In this document: piece after piece, positions 22,422 through 35,224 of the stretch
How positions within the stretch are numbered: the stretch's first letter is position 1
Layout: each line of letters begins with the position of its first letter
Assembly (NCBI RefSeq): GCF_902713615.1
Contig: NW_024055479.1
Location: 186,001 to 250,000 of the forward strand
DNA: 64,000 bases
Origin: Scyliorhinus canicula
Lineage: Eukaryota
Reading direction: 5' to 3'
Made by a program: the position numbers and the translations under genes
Notes under the pieces: generated by a model
Told to the model about the DNA's origin: nothing
What the model saw: only the letters and a program-made list of their open reading frames with translations
Databases searched by the model: none

Positions 22422-25400
22422 GGAGACTTCCGGTGGCTGTGATGGAGTAGGAAGCCACACATTTGGGAGCTCCCGTTTTAAAGAGACTTTTCGGCTCATT
22501 TGAGAGCCCAAAACGGAAATTTCTCGACGTCTCCCGGTGGGGGAAGGTGTCCTGAACGACTTTCCCCGCAGTCCATGCCTCGAACTCGGAGTGGAAAGGG
22601 GGAGAAAACGGCAGCAGCTCCTCAGAAAAAACGGGGGAAGGAATCCAAGATGGCGGCCGGGGGAGCCCCAGAGGAGTGGAGGCTGTGGGCCCAGGAGCAA
22701 CAAACTGATCTCCTGCGCTGCTTTAAAGAATTCAAGGATGAGGTACTGAGCTCTCTGCAGGAAACGAACAGAAGGCTGTCAGAGATTCAGTCCACCCAGG
22801 GTGCTGCCATCAAGGAGTTGCAGACGCAGGCCACTGAACGAGAGGAGGAGGCCGTGGTCCTCGTTAGTAAGGTGCAGGGGCACGAGGCACTCCACAAGAA
22901 GTGGCAGGAACGCTTCGAGTAGTTGATCACCGCATGAGGCGGAAAAACCTGCGGATCCTGGGCCTTGCGGAGGGGCTGGAGGGGTCGGACCTGACAGCCT
23001 ACGTGGCTGTAATGCTGAACTCGCTAGTGGGGGCCGGGTCTTTCCATCTGCCCTTGGAGCTGGAGGGAGCACACAGAGTACTGGCCAGGAGGCCGAAGGA
23101 AGATGAAGCCCCGCGCGCGGTGCTGGTGAGATTCCACCGGTTCAGTGATCGGGAGTGTGTGCTGCGCTGGACCAAGAAGGTGAAGAGCAGCAAGTGGGAG
23201 AATGGGGTAGTACGGATCTACCAGGATTGGAGTGCGGAGGTGGCTAAGCGGCGGTCCGGATTTAATCGGACGAAAGAGGTGCTTTATAGAAAAAAGATAA
23301 AGTTCGGAATGTTGCAGCCTGCGCGCCTGTGGGTAACTTATTCGGACCAGCATTATTATTTCGATTCCCCGGAGGAGGCGTGGGCCTTCGTGCGGATGGA
23401 GGAACTGGACTTGAACTAGGGGTTGGGGGTTGCGGGATCGTCTGTAATATATGAGTGCTGGATTCTGCTGTTGCTGTGTTCTCTTTTTCTTCTGTTTTTC
23501 TCTTCTTGTTTTAGTACTTTTGCAATTTTGATATGGTTATTTATGGCGGTGTTGTTCTGCTATGTTTTTGTTTTTGTGCTGTGGGGCACTGTTTGGGCTG
23601 TGTATCTTGCGGGGAGGGTCGGGGGGGTCTGTTGTATTCTATGGCGGGTTGGGGGTATGGAGTGGGGCTGATATTTGGGAGCTGCATCAGAAGGGTGTGG
23701 TGGGGCAGTGCGAAAGCATGGGCTTTCCTCTGGTTTCCCGCGCTGCGGGGCTGGGGGGTGGAGACGGTGACGGGGGAGGCGGGGCCTTAACTGGTTCTTC
23801 CCGCGCTGGAGCGGTGCCTGGAGAAGGGATAGATTGGGGGATGATCCCACTTCGGGAGGGGTCGGGCTATTGGCGGGAGTTTCCGGGGTCAGCAGAAGTC
23901 AGCTGACCCACGGAAGAACAATGGAGGACGGTTCGCGGCTGGGAGGGTTCCTAGCCTGGGGGGGGAAGGGAGGGGGGAGGAAGGGGAATACCGGGTTGCT
24001 GCTGGTAGGGACAAGAAGGAGCTGGTGGGGGCTGGGGGGACAGAGGTGAGGTGTTGTCGCTGTGGGGACTGGGTCGGGCGGGCGGGTGCTGGCCTGGGGC
24101 GGGCAGTCGATGGGCTATGGCTAGTCGACGCGAGGGGGGGGGGGGCGGGACGCCCTCTGATCCGGTTGGTCACTTGGAATGCGAGAGGGTTGAATGGGCC
24201 GGTGAAGCGGTCGAGAGTACTGGCTCACCTGAAGGGGCTAAAGGCAGATGTGGCAATGCTTCAGGAGACCCACCTGAAGGTGGCGGATCAGGTCCATCTG
24301 AGGAAGGGATGGGTGGGGCAGGTTTTCCACTCTGGGTTGGATGTGAAAAACCAGGGAGTGGCGATTCTGGTGGGGAAAAATGTGTTGTTTGAGGCATCGG
24401 AGGTGGTGGCGGATAAGGGGAGTAGGTATGTTATGGTTAGGGGCAGGCTACAAGGAGAGACGGTGGTACTGGCTAGTGTGTATGCCCCAAATTGGGACGA
24501 TGCAGGCTTTATGAGGCGTATGTTGGGACGGATCCCGGATCTGGAGGCTGGAGGTCTGATCATAGGGGGGGACTTTAATACGGTGTTGGATCCTTCACTG
24601 GATTGGTCCAGCTCTAGGACGGGTAGGAGGCCGGCGGCGGCCAAGGTACTGAGAGGGTTTATGGATCAGATGGGTGGAGTGGATCCATGGAGGTTTGTGA
24701 GGCCGAGGGCACGCGAGTACTCTTTCTTATCCCACGTACATAGGGTCTACTCTCGGATAGATATCTTCGTGGTGAGTAGGGGACTGATTCCGAGAGTGGA
24801 GGAGGCCCAGTATTCGGCCATTGCAATCTCCGACCACGCTCTGCATTGGATAGAGTTGGAGATGGTGGAGGTGCGGGACCAACGTCCGCTTTGGCGGTTA
24901 GATGTGGGGTTGTTGGCGGAGGAGGAGGTGTGTAGGAGGGTCCGGGCAAGTATTGAGGGGTACCTCGAGGTGAATGATGCGGGGGAGGTTCAGGTGGGGA
25001 TGGTCTGGGAAGCCCTGAAGGCAGTAATTCGTGGGGAGCTGATATCCATCCGGGCACACAGGGAGAGGAGTGAGAGGGATGGACTGGTGGGAAAGATGCT
25101 GGAGGTGGACAGGAGGTATGCAGCGGCACCAGAGGAGGGACTGTTGGGGGAGAGGCGCAACCTGCAGACTAAATTTGATTTGCTGACCACTAGAAAGGCG
25201 GAGGCACAGTGGAGGAAGGCACAAGGGGCAGTGTACGAACATGGTGAAAAGGCAAGTAGGATGCTGGCTCATCAGCTCCGCAAGCAGGATGTGGCTAAGG
25301 AAATTGCTGGAGTGAGAGACAAGAGTGGGAATGTGGTGCGGAAGGGGGTAGAGGTCAATGAGGTCTTCAAGGACTTTTACGGGGAACTGTACCGGTCGGA

Positions 25401-25490
25401 GCCAACGGGGGATAGGAGGGGAATGGAGAGGTTCCTTGATGGGCTTTCTTTCCCAAAGGTGCAGGAGGAGAAGGTGGAGGGGTTGGGGCA
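22422..25490 (+). mobile_element. L1-clade element with 5' UTR, frameshifted ORF1 (22500-23419) and ORF2 endonuclease through early RT; 3' part missing
   Basis: ORF1 RMRRKNLRILGL...RFHRFSDRECVLRW; ORF2 LVTWNARGLN...QETHL...GGDFN...SDH; sequence switches abruptly to a SINE at about 25490. Confidence 0.9.
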
Positions 25491-25894
25491 ATTTAGTGTG
25501 GCCAATCCTCCTAACTTGTATCTTTGGATTGTGGGAGAAAACTGGAGCACCCGGAGGGACCCCACACAGACACAGGGAGATTGTGTGGCGTTTGCACAGT
25601 CACCCAAGGTCGAAATAGCTGAAACATCAGGACACTGCTCCTGGGAATTGATGGTATGGTGGTTCAGTAAATATAATAAGTGGATTAAAAGTGTGTGTAA
25701 TATTGAGTTAAAACTGAAAATGCCAGATTAATTCAACAGATTTGGCAGCATCACAGAATCCCTACAGTGCAGAAGGAGGCCATTTCCCCCATTGAGTTTG
25801 CAACAACTCTACAAAAGAGCACCCCACCCAGGTGCACTTTCCTTTCCCTCTGCCCGAAACCCCATATCACCTTTTGACAGTAAGGGGCAATTTA

Positions 25895-26600
<706 letters not shown>

Positions 26601-26691
26601 CCTGTTGTGATTCCGGTCTCCCTGGCACCCCCTCCTCCCCCAACCCAAGACTGGAAATTCCTGGATGTTTATCAAATAGCTGTAGTGCATA

Positions 26692-26805
26692 TACCTTTAA
26701 GAACTGGGTGTTTATCAAATAGCTGCAGTGATATCAGAGTGTGGGTGGAGCTGGGCTGTCTGTCTTCCCTGCAGCTATTTGATAAACACCCAGTTCTTAA
26801 AGGTA
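26692..26805. repeat. Perfect 37-bp inverted repeat with 40-nt spacer
   Basis: TACCTTTAAGAACTGGGTGTTTATCAAATAGCTGCAG (26692-26728) and its exact reverse complement (26769-26805). Confidence 0.85.
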
Positions 26806-27102
26806 CTCTCACATGACAATTCTGAATTCTCCCTCTGTGTACCTGAACAGGCTCTGGAATGTGCTGACTGGGGGCTTTCACGGTAACTTCATTGCAGTGT
26901 GAATGTAAGACTACTTGTGACAATAAAGATTAGTATTATTTAAAAAAAGTTCTGGCAAATTTCCATCCCGCCCAGGATGATTCGCACGGGAATATAACCC
27001 CAACAAATGGGATGAAGCCAAATCTTTCAAAGTCAAAGTCTTTATTTCGAATTATTGCCGTGCTGTTAGGGAAAGGTTAACTTCTCTGCTTGTTTACAAA
27101 AG

Positions 27103-27282
27103 TAGGAAGTCTTACAACACCAGGTTAAAGTCCAACAGGTTTGTTTAAAACACGAGCTTTCGGAGCACTGCTCCTTCATCAGGTGAGAGCTCGTGTTTGA
27201 AACAAACCTGTTGGACTTTAACCTGGTATTTTAAGACTTCTTACTGTGCTCACCCCAGTCCAACGCCGGCATCTCCACATCA
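27103..27282. mobile_element. 180-bp Penelope-derived fold-back insertion with 12-bp flanking duplication
   Basis: TGTTTACAAAAG at 27091-27102 and 27283-27294; inverted pLTR arms of about 50 bp around a hammerhead motif. Confidence 0.8.
27151..27185 (-). ncRNA. Minimal type I hammerhead ribozyme motif in Penelope pLTR
   Basis: Minus strand CAC-CUGAUGA-A-GGAGC(AGU)GCUCC-GAA-AGCU-C-GUG: core boxes, stem II, palindromic AGCU helix III, UC cleavage site, 3-bp stem I. Confidence 0.65.
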
Positions 27283-28559
27283 TGTTTACAAAAGGGAAGA
27301 GGAAACATTCACAAAGCTTCCCACAGCTTGTGATCTCCGAAACATAACTTGAAGGCTGAAGTTTATCTTCAGAGATTGAAATGTTCTGGTACCTTTTCCA
27401 ATTGTACCAGTAAATTGTGATTCACACTGAAAGGTTATCTTTCACTCAGTAATTAGAACATTTCACTTTCTCAGCACAAACACTTTAGATCAAATATCAA
27501 TTGTTCACTTCTCTTGTAGCTGGTGTGTGGAGAAGATCATGTTCACTGTAGATCAGTCAGCACAGAAACCACACTGTGCTTCTGGACAAACTCAGTCTGC
27601 AAGTAGATGAATCTTTTTAACATCACCCAAGTGAAGGTCTTCCCCTGACTCTAAGGAGTGAGATGTCCCTGTAGTTGATGCTGTCTCCTCTGTCACTGCT
27701 GTTTTTATTGCATCACACATGTTCCGTGGACCAGTCTCACAGCCCAAAGGGGAGGGCAGGAAGGTGTGACAGTCGATGGGACTTTCTGTATGTGAGCAGG
27801 TCAGCTGGAATTCCATCCTTGCCGGGCACCTTTCTGCTTGCTCAGCAATCAATGGCCTTTTCCAGCTCAAATGATGAGAATTCCTTGTCCAACTCAACCA
27901 TGACAGAAAGCTGCAGGAGAGTCAAACAGAGATTGGGAGTTGCCCTTCTAACAGGGGTACAGCTCACTGTTGTGTTCAACCCAGCTCCTCCTCACTCTCA
28001 CCATGACTGACACGGAGCACGCTCAGAGCACACACCCACACTGCACCTGCGCACTGGCGTCGTACATTCAATGATAGGGGACTTTCTTCAGCATGGGGGA
28101 TTCTGGGTAACACAGCCGCCATAGAGCAATTAGTAAACAGGAAGATTCTTTCGCCCAGTCGGCAAAACAGAGGAGCCACAGTTAGGCAAGATGCCGGGCA
28201 TGAAGCACAAAGAGAGGTTTGGATACTTTATTTAATACAGAAGCACATTATTCTGATATCACTTAGACATGGGCAGCCAGCAGGCTGATCTACAGTCTGT
28301 ACAGTATTTACAACACCTGGGACACGCTAAATCATCTCATCAAACCAGTGATAGGTTTGTTTACTGTTCATAATAGTGACTGGGTCACACTCACCATTTA
28401 TGCAAAATGCAACTCCCCAGGTTTTTTGACCCACTCCCTCCAGACCTGTTTTCGCTCCAAGGGTCTTGACATCTGCTTTGGTCTTTCTCCACCCATGTAT
28501 GTTCAGCTGTTTACAACAATTGTTCAATTACTTACAACAATCTGAGGTCCCTATCTGCT

Positions 28560-29712
28560 TCAAGAAGACGACCAGCATCCCTGTACCGAAAAAAGTCAAG
28601 CAGCGAGCCTTAATGACTGTCGTCCTGTGGGTCTGACATCCATCATCATTCCCGTACCAGCCTCCCCGAACAGGCGCCGGAATGTGATGACTAGGGGCTT
28701 TTCACAGTAACTTCATTGTAGCCTACTCGTGACAATAAGCGATTTTCATTTTTCATTTCATTTCATTTTTTCATCATGAAGTGCGTCGAAAGGTTAGTCA
28801 TGGCACAAATCAACTCCAGCCTCCCAGATTGCCTCGTTGCACTACAGTTTGCCCACCGCTGCAACAGGTCCACAGCAGACGCCATCTCCATGGACCTGCA
28901 CTCTACACTGGAACACCTAGATAACAAAGACACCTATGTCAGACTCCTATTTATCGAATACAGCTCAGCCTTCAACACCATCATTCCTACGAAACTCGTC
29001 TCCAAACTCCGTGGCCTTGGCCTCAGCTCCTTCCTCTGCGACTGGATCCTGAACTTTCTAACCCACAGACCAGAATCAGTAAAGATACGCAACAAAACCT
29101 CCTCCACAATCATCCTCAGCACCGGTGCCAGACAAAGCTGTGTCCTCATCCCCCAACTACACTCCTTATACACCTATGATTGTGGCCAAATTCCCCTCCA
29201 ACTCAATTTTCAAATTTGCTGATGACACCATCGAAGTGGGTTGGATTTCAAACATAGGAATGAGATATAGAATCTGGTGAATTGGTGCGATTACAATAAT
29301 CTCTCCCTCAATGTCAACAAAATGAAGGAAATTATCATCTACTTTAGGAAGTGTAGTGGAGAACATGCCCGTGTCTACATCAATGGGAACGAAGTAGAAA
29401 GGGTCGAGAGCTTCACGGTTTTAGGTGTACAGATCACCAACAGCCTGTCCTGGTCCCCCCATGCCGACACTATAGTTAGGAAAGCCCACCAACGATTCTA
29501 CTTTCTAAAAAGACTGAAGAAATTTGTCATGTCAGCTACGCCCCTAACCAACTTCTACAGATGCACCATAGAAAGCATTCTTTCTGGTTGCATCACAGCT
29601 TGGTATGGAGCCTGCTCTGCCCAAGACCGCAGGAAACTACAAAAGGTCGTGAATGTAGCCCAGTCCATCACGCAAATCAGCCTCCCATCCACTGACTCTA
29701 TCTATAATTCCC
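28560..29712 (+). mobile_element. Rex1/Babar-clade LINE RT fragment, interrupted by a short SINE (28650-28772)
   Basis: MKCVERLVMAQI...LQFAHRCNRSTADAIS...YVRLLFIEYSSAFNTIIP...FADDT...YRCTIESILSGCITAWYG. Confidence 0.85.
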
Positions 29713-30245
29713 GCTACTCTCGAATGGAGATCAACTCACCCCTAACCACTGCCTTCAGCGCCTCCCAGACCATCCCCACTCGGACCTCCCCGTTGTCATT
29801 GGCCTCCAGGTACCTCTCGATACATCCTCGAACCCGCTCGCCTACCTCCACGAGGTCCACCCAATGTGGGGCATGGTCAGAGATGGCTATCGCCGAGTAC
29901 TCAGCATCCTCCACTCTCGCAATCAGCGCACTACTCATAACGAAAAAAATCAATCTGGGAATAGGCCTTGTGCACGAGAGAAGTATGAAAATTCCCTGGC
30001 CCTCGGCCTCGCAAACCTCCATGGATCCACCCCTCCCATCTGGTCCATAAACCCCCTCAACACCTTAGCCGCCGCTGGCCTCCTACCCATCCTGGATCTG
30101 GAGCGACCTAGTGCCGGAGCCAGCACCATGATAAAATCCCCCCCCCCCCCCCATTATTCGGCCCCCCGCCTCCAAATCTGGAATCCGGCCCAACATGCAC
30201 CGCATGAAACCAGCATCGTCCCAATTCGGGGTGTACACATTGACT
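29712..30245 (-). mobile_element. L1 ORF2 endonuclease fragment
   Basis: NVYTPNWDDAGF...EYSAIAISDHAPHWVDL...WEALKAVVRGELISIRE; same family as the two larger L1s. Confidence 0.8.
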
Positions 30246-31489
30246 AGCATTGAATTGCAAACATGACTGACCAAGAAAAGAAAGCGTTTCACTGGGTAAC
30301 AGAAATCTCATGAATCTTTACTGAGTTTGACCACAGTCAGCCTTTGAACAAAGTCAAATATAGTTAAATGGAAGTGAATTGAGAATTATGTGATGCTTAT
30401 ATTTGACCCCTCTGTGTTTTGCTTTAAAACATTCTGCAGCCTAAATACCGTTCATGTATAAGAAAGGAGGGGTGACAGCAAATCCGCACTGAGCCTGGAT
30501 TCCCACATCTCCTTGAGTGGCTTTTCCTGTTTCTCTATCATTCAGGCCAAATTTTTCAAAAAGGTGGCCCAGTTAAATCTCTGCTATTTCCTCGAATTCA
30601 GTTGCAGTATCGTTTGTATCTGTCTATATGAACACACATTACCTGTCATGTATAGGCCAGGCTACGCAAGGAGAGCAGATTTCATGAAGGACATTAGTGA
30701 ACCAGATGAGTTTTTACAACAATCAAGAATGTTATCATCAGACTTTTAATCCCCAGAGCATTAACCTGGGTCTCTGGATTACTCGCCCATTAACAATATC
30801 ATTACACCAATGCTTAGTCCACATATTCTTGGCAGAATATGGTGTCTTGTGTTGTGTTCTGTGATCTTGTCTTGCAATGATTCTACAGAACAGCTGGTGA
30901 ATTAGCCAAAACGATGATTTATTGATGTACATGTGGTAAGGTAACGATCAGAATGCTGTACAGACTATGTTATCACAGAGTTACATTGGACTCTCTTGGA
31001 ACTACCCTTATGTGCGACTGGCCTCATGTATGCCTGACAACCTTCTACTGGTAGCCGGATGTCACCTGACTGATGCCTGATGCCAACTACTGGTGGGAGG
31101 TCACACTGCTGAGTACATGCAATATTATATACAGGCTTATCACCACATCGCGTAACTTCTCAAAATTATCAAATAATTTATTTTTTCAAACAAATTGATA
31201 GCTCTGCAGTTTCTGAAAACATTTTGGTTGATCGTGTTATCTTTAGAAATAAAGATCTAGTCTTTGCAATATAATTACCTAACACACCAATTCATTATTC
31301 ATAATCAATGTTCGCTACTGAATAAAGTTCAATTTAATTATTATTTTTTGCAATGAAATCAATACGTAGTTAATATAGAAAGGTACAGAAGGGGAAATTG
31401 ATGCAGAAAGGCACATATTAGAGGTATAAAAGGGCTTCCTTGACCTTATTACTAAGGCCAGTGAATACACTATGAAAATAACAATTTAC

Positions 31490-31710
31490 GGGCAGCAAGG
31501 TGGCACAATGGTTAACACTGTTGCCTCATGGCGACGAGGTCCTAGGTTCGATCTCGACCCTGGGTCACTGCCGTGTGGAGTTTGCACATTCTTCCCGTGG
31601 CTGTTTTGGTCTCACCCCCACAACCCAAAGATGGGCAAGGTCGGTGGATTGGCCACGCTAAATTATTCCTTAATTGGAAAAACTGAATTGTGTCCTTGAA
31701 ATTTTTTTTA
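31490..31710 (+). mobile_element. V-SINE copy (short-tail type)
   Basis: GGGCAGCAAGGTGGCACAATGGTT head, V core, ATTGGCCACGCTAAATT; similar copies at 15810-16010, 19120-19270, 35595-35800 (-) and 36155-36375. Confidence 0.7.
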
Positions 31711-32814
31711 ATAATGAAAATAACAATTTTAAAACTAAATGTGATGACACATGTGTACTTACAGCTTCCTACATTACAACAGTGAATATGTTTCAAAATT
31801 ACTCCATCGGCTTTAAAACACTTTAGGAGGCCCAGTGGGAGTGAGAGGTTTTATAGAAATGTACATTTGTACTAATTGTTGGCAAACGAGGATATTTTTC
31901 ACTTGGTGTCCTCACCAATTTATTGATAAAGGCTGAGTCTTAATTTTGTGTAATAACCACGTCATTTTGAATACTCTGTGAAACTCCAGACACACCATAT
32001 GCACAATTATTTGTTGTAAAACACAGCGAGTTGTTGAGATTTGGAATACACTGTCCATAAATGGTGCTGGAATCTCTTTGGATTGTAACTTCCAAAACGG
32101 AATTTGGTACATTCTGAAAAAGAAAACAAAACAGTCGAACTATGGGATTAAATGGGTCGCTGGCAAAGAGCTGGCATGGGAAAATGGGCCAAATAGACTC
32201 CTCTGTGCTCTAGCAGCCTTGTGTACATGTAAAGGGGTTGGTAACGACCTGGAACCTACTGCCTTTGAGGGTAGGAGATGCAGAGATGACGGAAGGATTT
32301 CAATAGGAAATTAGACAAGCACTGAGAGAAATAAACCCACAGGGATTCGGGGAAAGAATGGGGCAATGGACAGACTGGCTTCCTCCACAGGGAGCCGACA
32401 CGGTCCCAAAGGGCTGAATGGCTCCATTCCCCACCCTCCAGATGCTGTGATCTCAGGAGATAAATTCAGCTGCTCCAGTCACTCCAACTAACTGGAGTCC
32501 CTCATCTCTGGTGCTATTCTTGTAAATGTCCTCTACACCCTCTCTAAGAACTTCCCATCTTTCCTAAAGTGTGAAGCCCATATATAGGGTTCCATTCAAG
32601 AGGGATAGAATTGAAAAGCACGGCGGAAATGTTCAATTTGTTTAAAATGATGGTTCCACTACACTTGGAGCATTGTCAACATCAGAACATAAGAACTATG
32701 AGCAGGAGTAGGCCATCTGGCCCCTCGAGCCTGCTCCACCATTCAATGAGATCATGACAGTGACCTGGGGCCAGGATTGAACACTGGTCCTCAGCTCCGT
32801 CAGACTGCAGTGCT

Positions 32815-33819
32815 GAGGTGGGAAGGTGAGTTGTGAGGAGGTTGCAGAGATCCTTCAGTGTGATTTGGACAAGTTAAGTGAGTGGGCAAATGAATGGCAG
32901 ATATAGTATAATTTGGAGAAATGTGAGGTTATCCAGTTTGGTAGAAAAACGAGAAGGCAGGCTATTATCTGAATTGTCATAAATTAGGAGAGGGGGATGT
33001 GCAACAAGACCTGGGTATCCTCGTACACCAGTCACTGAAGGGAAGCATGCAGGTACAGCAGGCGGTAAAGAAGGCAAATGATATGCTAGCCTTCATTGTG
33101 AGCGGATTTGAGTACAGGAGCAGGAATATCTTGCTGCAATTATATAGGGCCTTGGCGAGGCCATACCTGGAATATTGTGAGCAGTTTTGGTCTCCTTATC
33201 TGAGGAAGGATGTTCTTGCTCCAGAGGGAGTGCAGCGAAGATTTACCAGACTCATTCCTGGGATGGTGGGTCTGATGTCTGAGAGATTGAATCAGTTAGG
33301 ATTGTATTCGCTGGAGTTCAGAATGGGATGGGGGGGATCCCATAGAAACCTATAATATTCCAACAGGACTTGATAGGATAGATGCAGGAAAGATTTTCCC
33401 GATGGTGGGAGTGTACAGAACGAGAGGTCACAGTCTGAGGATACGGGGTGGACCATTTAGACCAGGGGTGGGCAAACTTTTCCGTGCAAGGGCCACATTC
33501 AGAAATTCACAATTTTAAAGGGCCGCATAGTATATTAATTAATAGTCCCGGTTGTAACCAATTAGCATGCGGCATATACCTCAGCGCTTCCCCCGGCGGC
33601 ATCCTGCCTTTCGCCCTCTTTTTCTCTACTTTTCAAAAATGGCGCTTCACCCGGTTATGATTCTGGGCGCCTCATATAGCACATAGAACAGAGAACAGTA
33701 CAGCACAGAACAGGCCCTTCGGCCCTCGATGTTGTGCTGAGCAATGATCACCCTACTCAAGTCAACGTATCCACCCTATACCAGTAACCCAACAGCCCCC
33801 CCCCCCCCATTAACCTTAT

Positions 33820-33850
<31 letters not shown>

Positions 33851-34195
33851 ACATTTTTTGATGACTTGATCTTGGTGGGCCGCATAAAGACCTTTGGCGG
33901 GCCGCATGCGGCCCGTGGGCCGTAGTTTTCCCACTCCTGATTTAGACAGAGATGAGTAATTTCTTCATCCAGAGAGTGGTGAGCTTGTGGAATTTGTTAC
34001 CACAGGAAATAGCTGAGGCCAATACATTGTGTGTTTTCAAGAAGCAGTTAGATATAGCACTTAGAGCGAAGGGAATCAAAGGATGTAGAGGGGAAATCGG
34101 GATTAAGCTATTAAGTTGGATGATAAGCCATGATCATAATGAATGGCAGAGCAAGCGCTAAGGGCCAAATGGTCTCATCCTGCTCGTATTTTCTA
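32815..34195 (+). mobile_element. CR1 LINE 3' portion, split by a hAT MITE
   Basis: QQDLGILVHQSLK...LYRALARPYLEYCEQFWSPYLRKD...; the CR1 text resumes after 33947 and ends with the CR1 3' UTR. Confidence 0.85.
33463..33939. mobile_element. hAT (Charlie-like) non-autonomous DNA transposon
   Basis: TIRs CAGGGGTGGGCAAACT / AGTTTTCCCACTCCTG; exact 8-bp TSD ATTTAGAC at 33455-33462 and 33940-33947; subterminal GGGCCGCA motifs; contains a retroposon tail and (AAAT)n. Confidence 0.85.
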
Positions 34196-34269
34196 AGTAA
34201 TCCCTTTCCCACACTGAGAGCAGGTGAATGGCTTCTCCTCAGTGTGAACTCGATGATGTGTCTGCAGGA

Positions 34270-35215
34270 TAAGCTGGCATCCCTGATGGTAGAGATGTTG
34301 GGGAGGCGATAGGGAAGGGGGTGTTACCACAATCTTTGGGGCAGGCATCGGTTTCCCTGTTGCTCAAAAAGATAAGGATCCGACGGAGTGTGGGTCGTAT
34401 AGGCCCATATCACTTTTAAACGTGAATGCAAAGGTATTAGCAAAGATACTGGTAGGTAGGCTGGAGAAGTGCCTCCTGAAGGTGATAGGTGAAGATCAGA
34501 TGGGGTTTGTGTGAGGGAGGGAGCTCTTTTCAAACGTAAAGAGGGTATTGAACGTGGTTATGGCACCGGCAAAGAGGAAGGAAACAGAAGTGGTTGTGGC
34601 ATTGGACGGCAAGCACGCATTTGACCAAATAGAATAGGGGCACTTGATAGCAGTTCTGGAGCGGTTTGGGATTGGTCCGCACAAAAACATCAACTAAAGA
34701 TACTTTTCTCTCCACCGTGGGACTAGGCAGATATGTCCTATGCCCCCCCCCCCCCCCCACCCCACCCCCACACCACCCCTGCTGTTTGCACTCACGATTG
34801 AGCCATTGGCCATTGCATTAAGACATTTGGGGTATGGAATGGGATAGTGCGGGGGGGGGGGGGGGGGTTGAATGGAGCACAGGGTGCCCTTGTCTTCCGA
34901 TGACTTGTTATTATATGTGTCGGAACCGAGTGTGTCAGGAGGGGGAATATTGGAGCTGTTTCGGGTGTTTGGGTCTTTCTCGGGGAACAAATTAAATCTA
35001 GACAAGTGTGAGTATTTTCTGATGTTTCGGCTGGGGTGTGGGCAGGGGTGGGGTGGCTGCCATTACGTAGGGCAGGGGTTCACTTTAGGTGCAGGTTGCT
35101 CAGGATTGGGGGGGGGGGCACTGGAGGGTTGGTTAAAATGAACATGTTGCCGCGATTTCTGTTTATTTTCCAATGCCTGCCGATTTTCCTGCCAAAAGCA
35201 TTTTTGGAGAGTTTT
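34270..35215 (+). mobile_element. L1 ORF2 RT fragments
   Basis: YRPISLLNVNAK, DQMGFV, FDQIE, LSSDDLLLYVSEP and KMNMLPRFLFIFQCLPIFLPK motifs with frameshifts. Confidence 0.8.
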
Positions 35216-35224
35216 AAGGAATAA

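Noticed and set aside
27720-27880. Possible decayed Ig constant-domain exon (W...EGVTVDGTF)
   Set aside because: Needs several frameshifts, lacks clear paired cysteines and splice sites; similarity too weak without a profile search.
30932-31147. Solo-LTR-like segment bounded by TGTGGT...ACCACA
   Set aside because: No target-site duplication and no second copy in the window.
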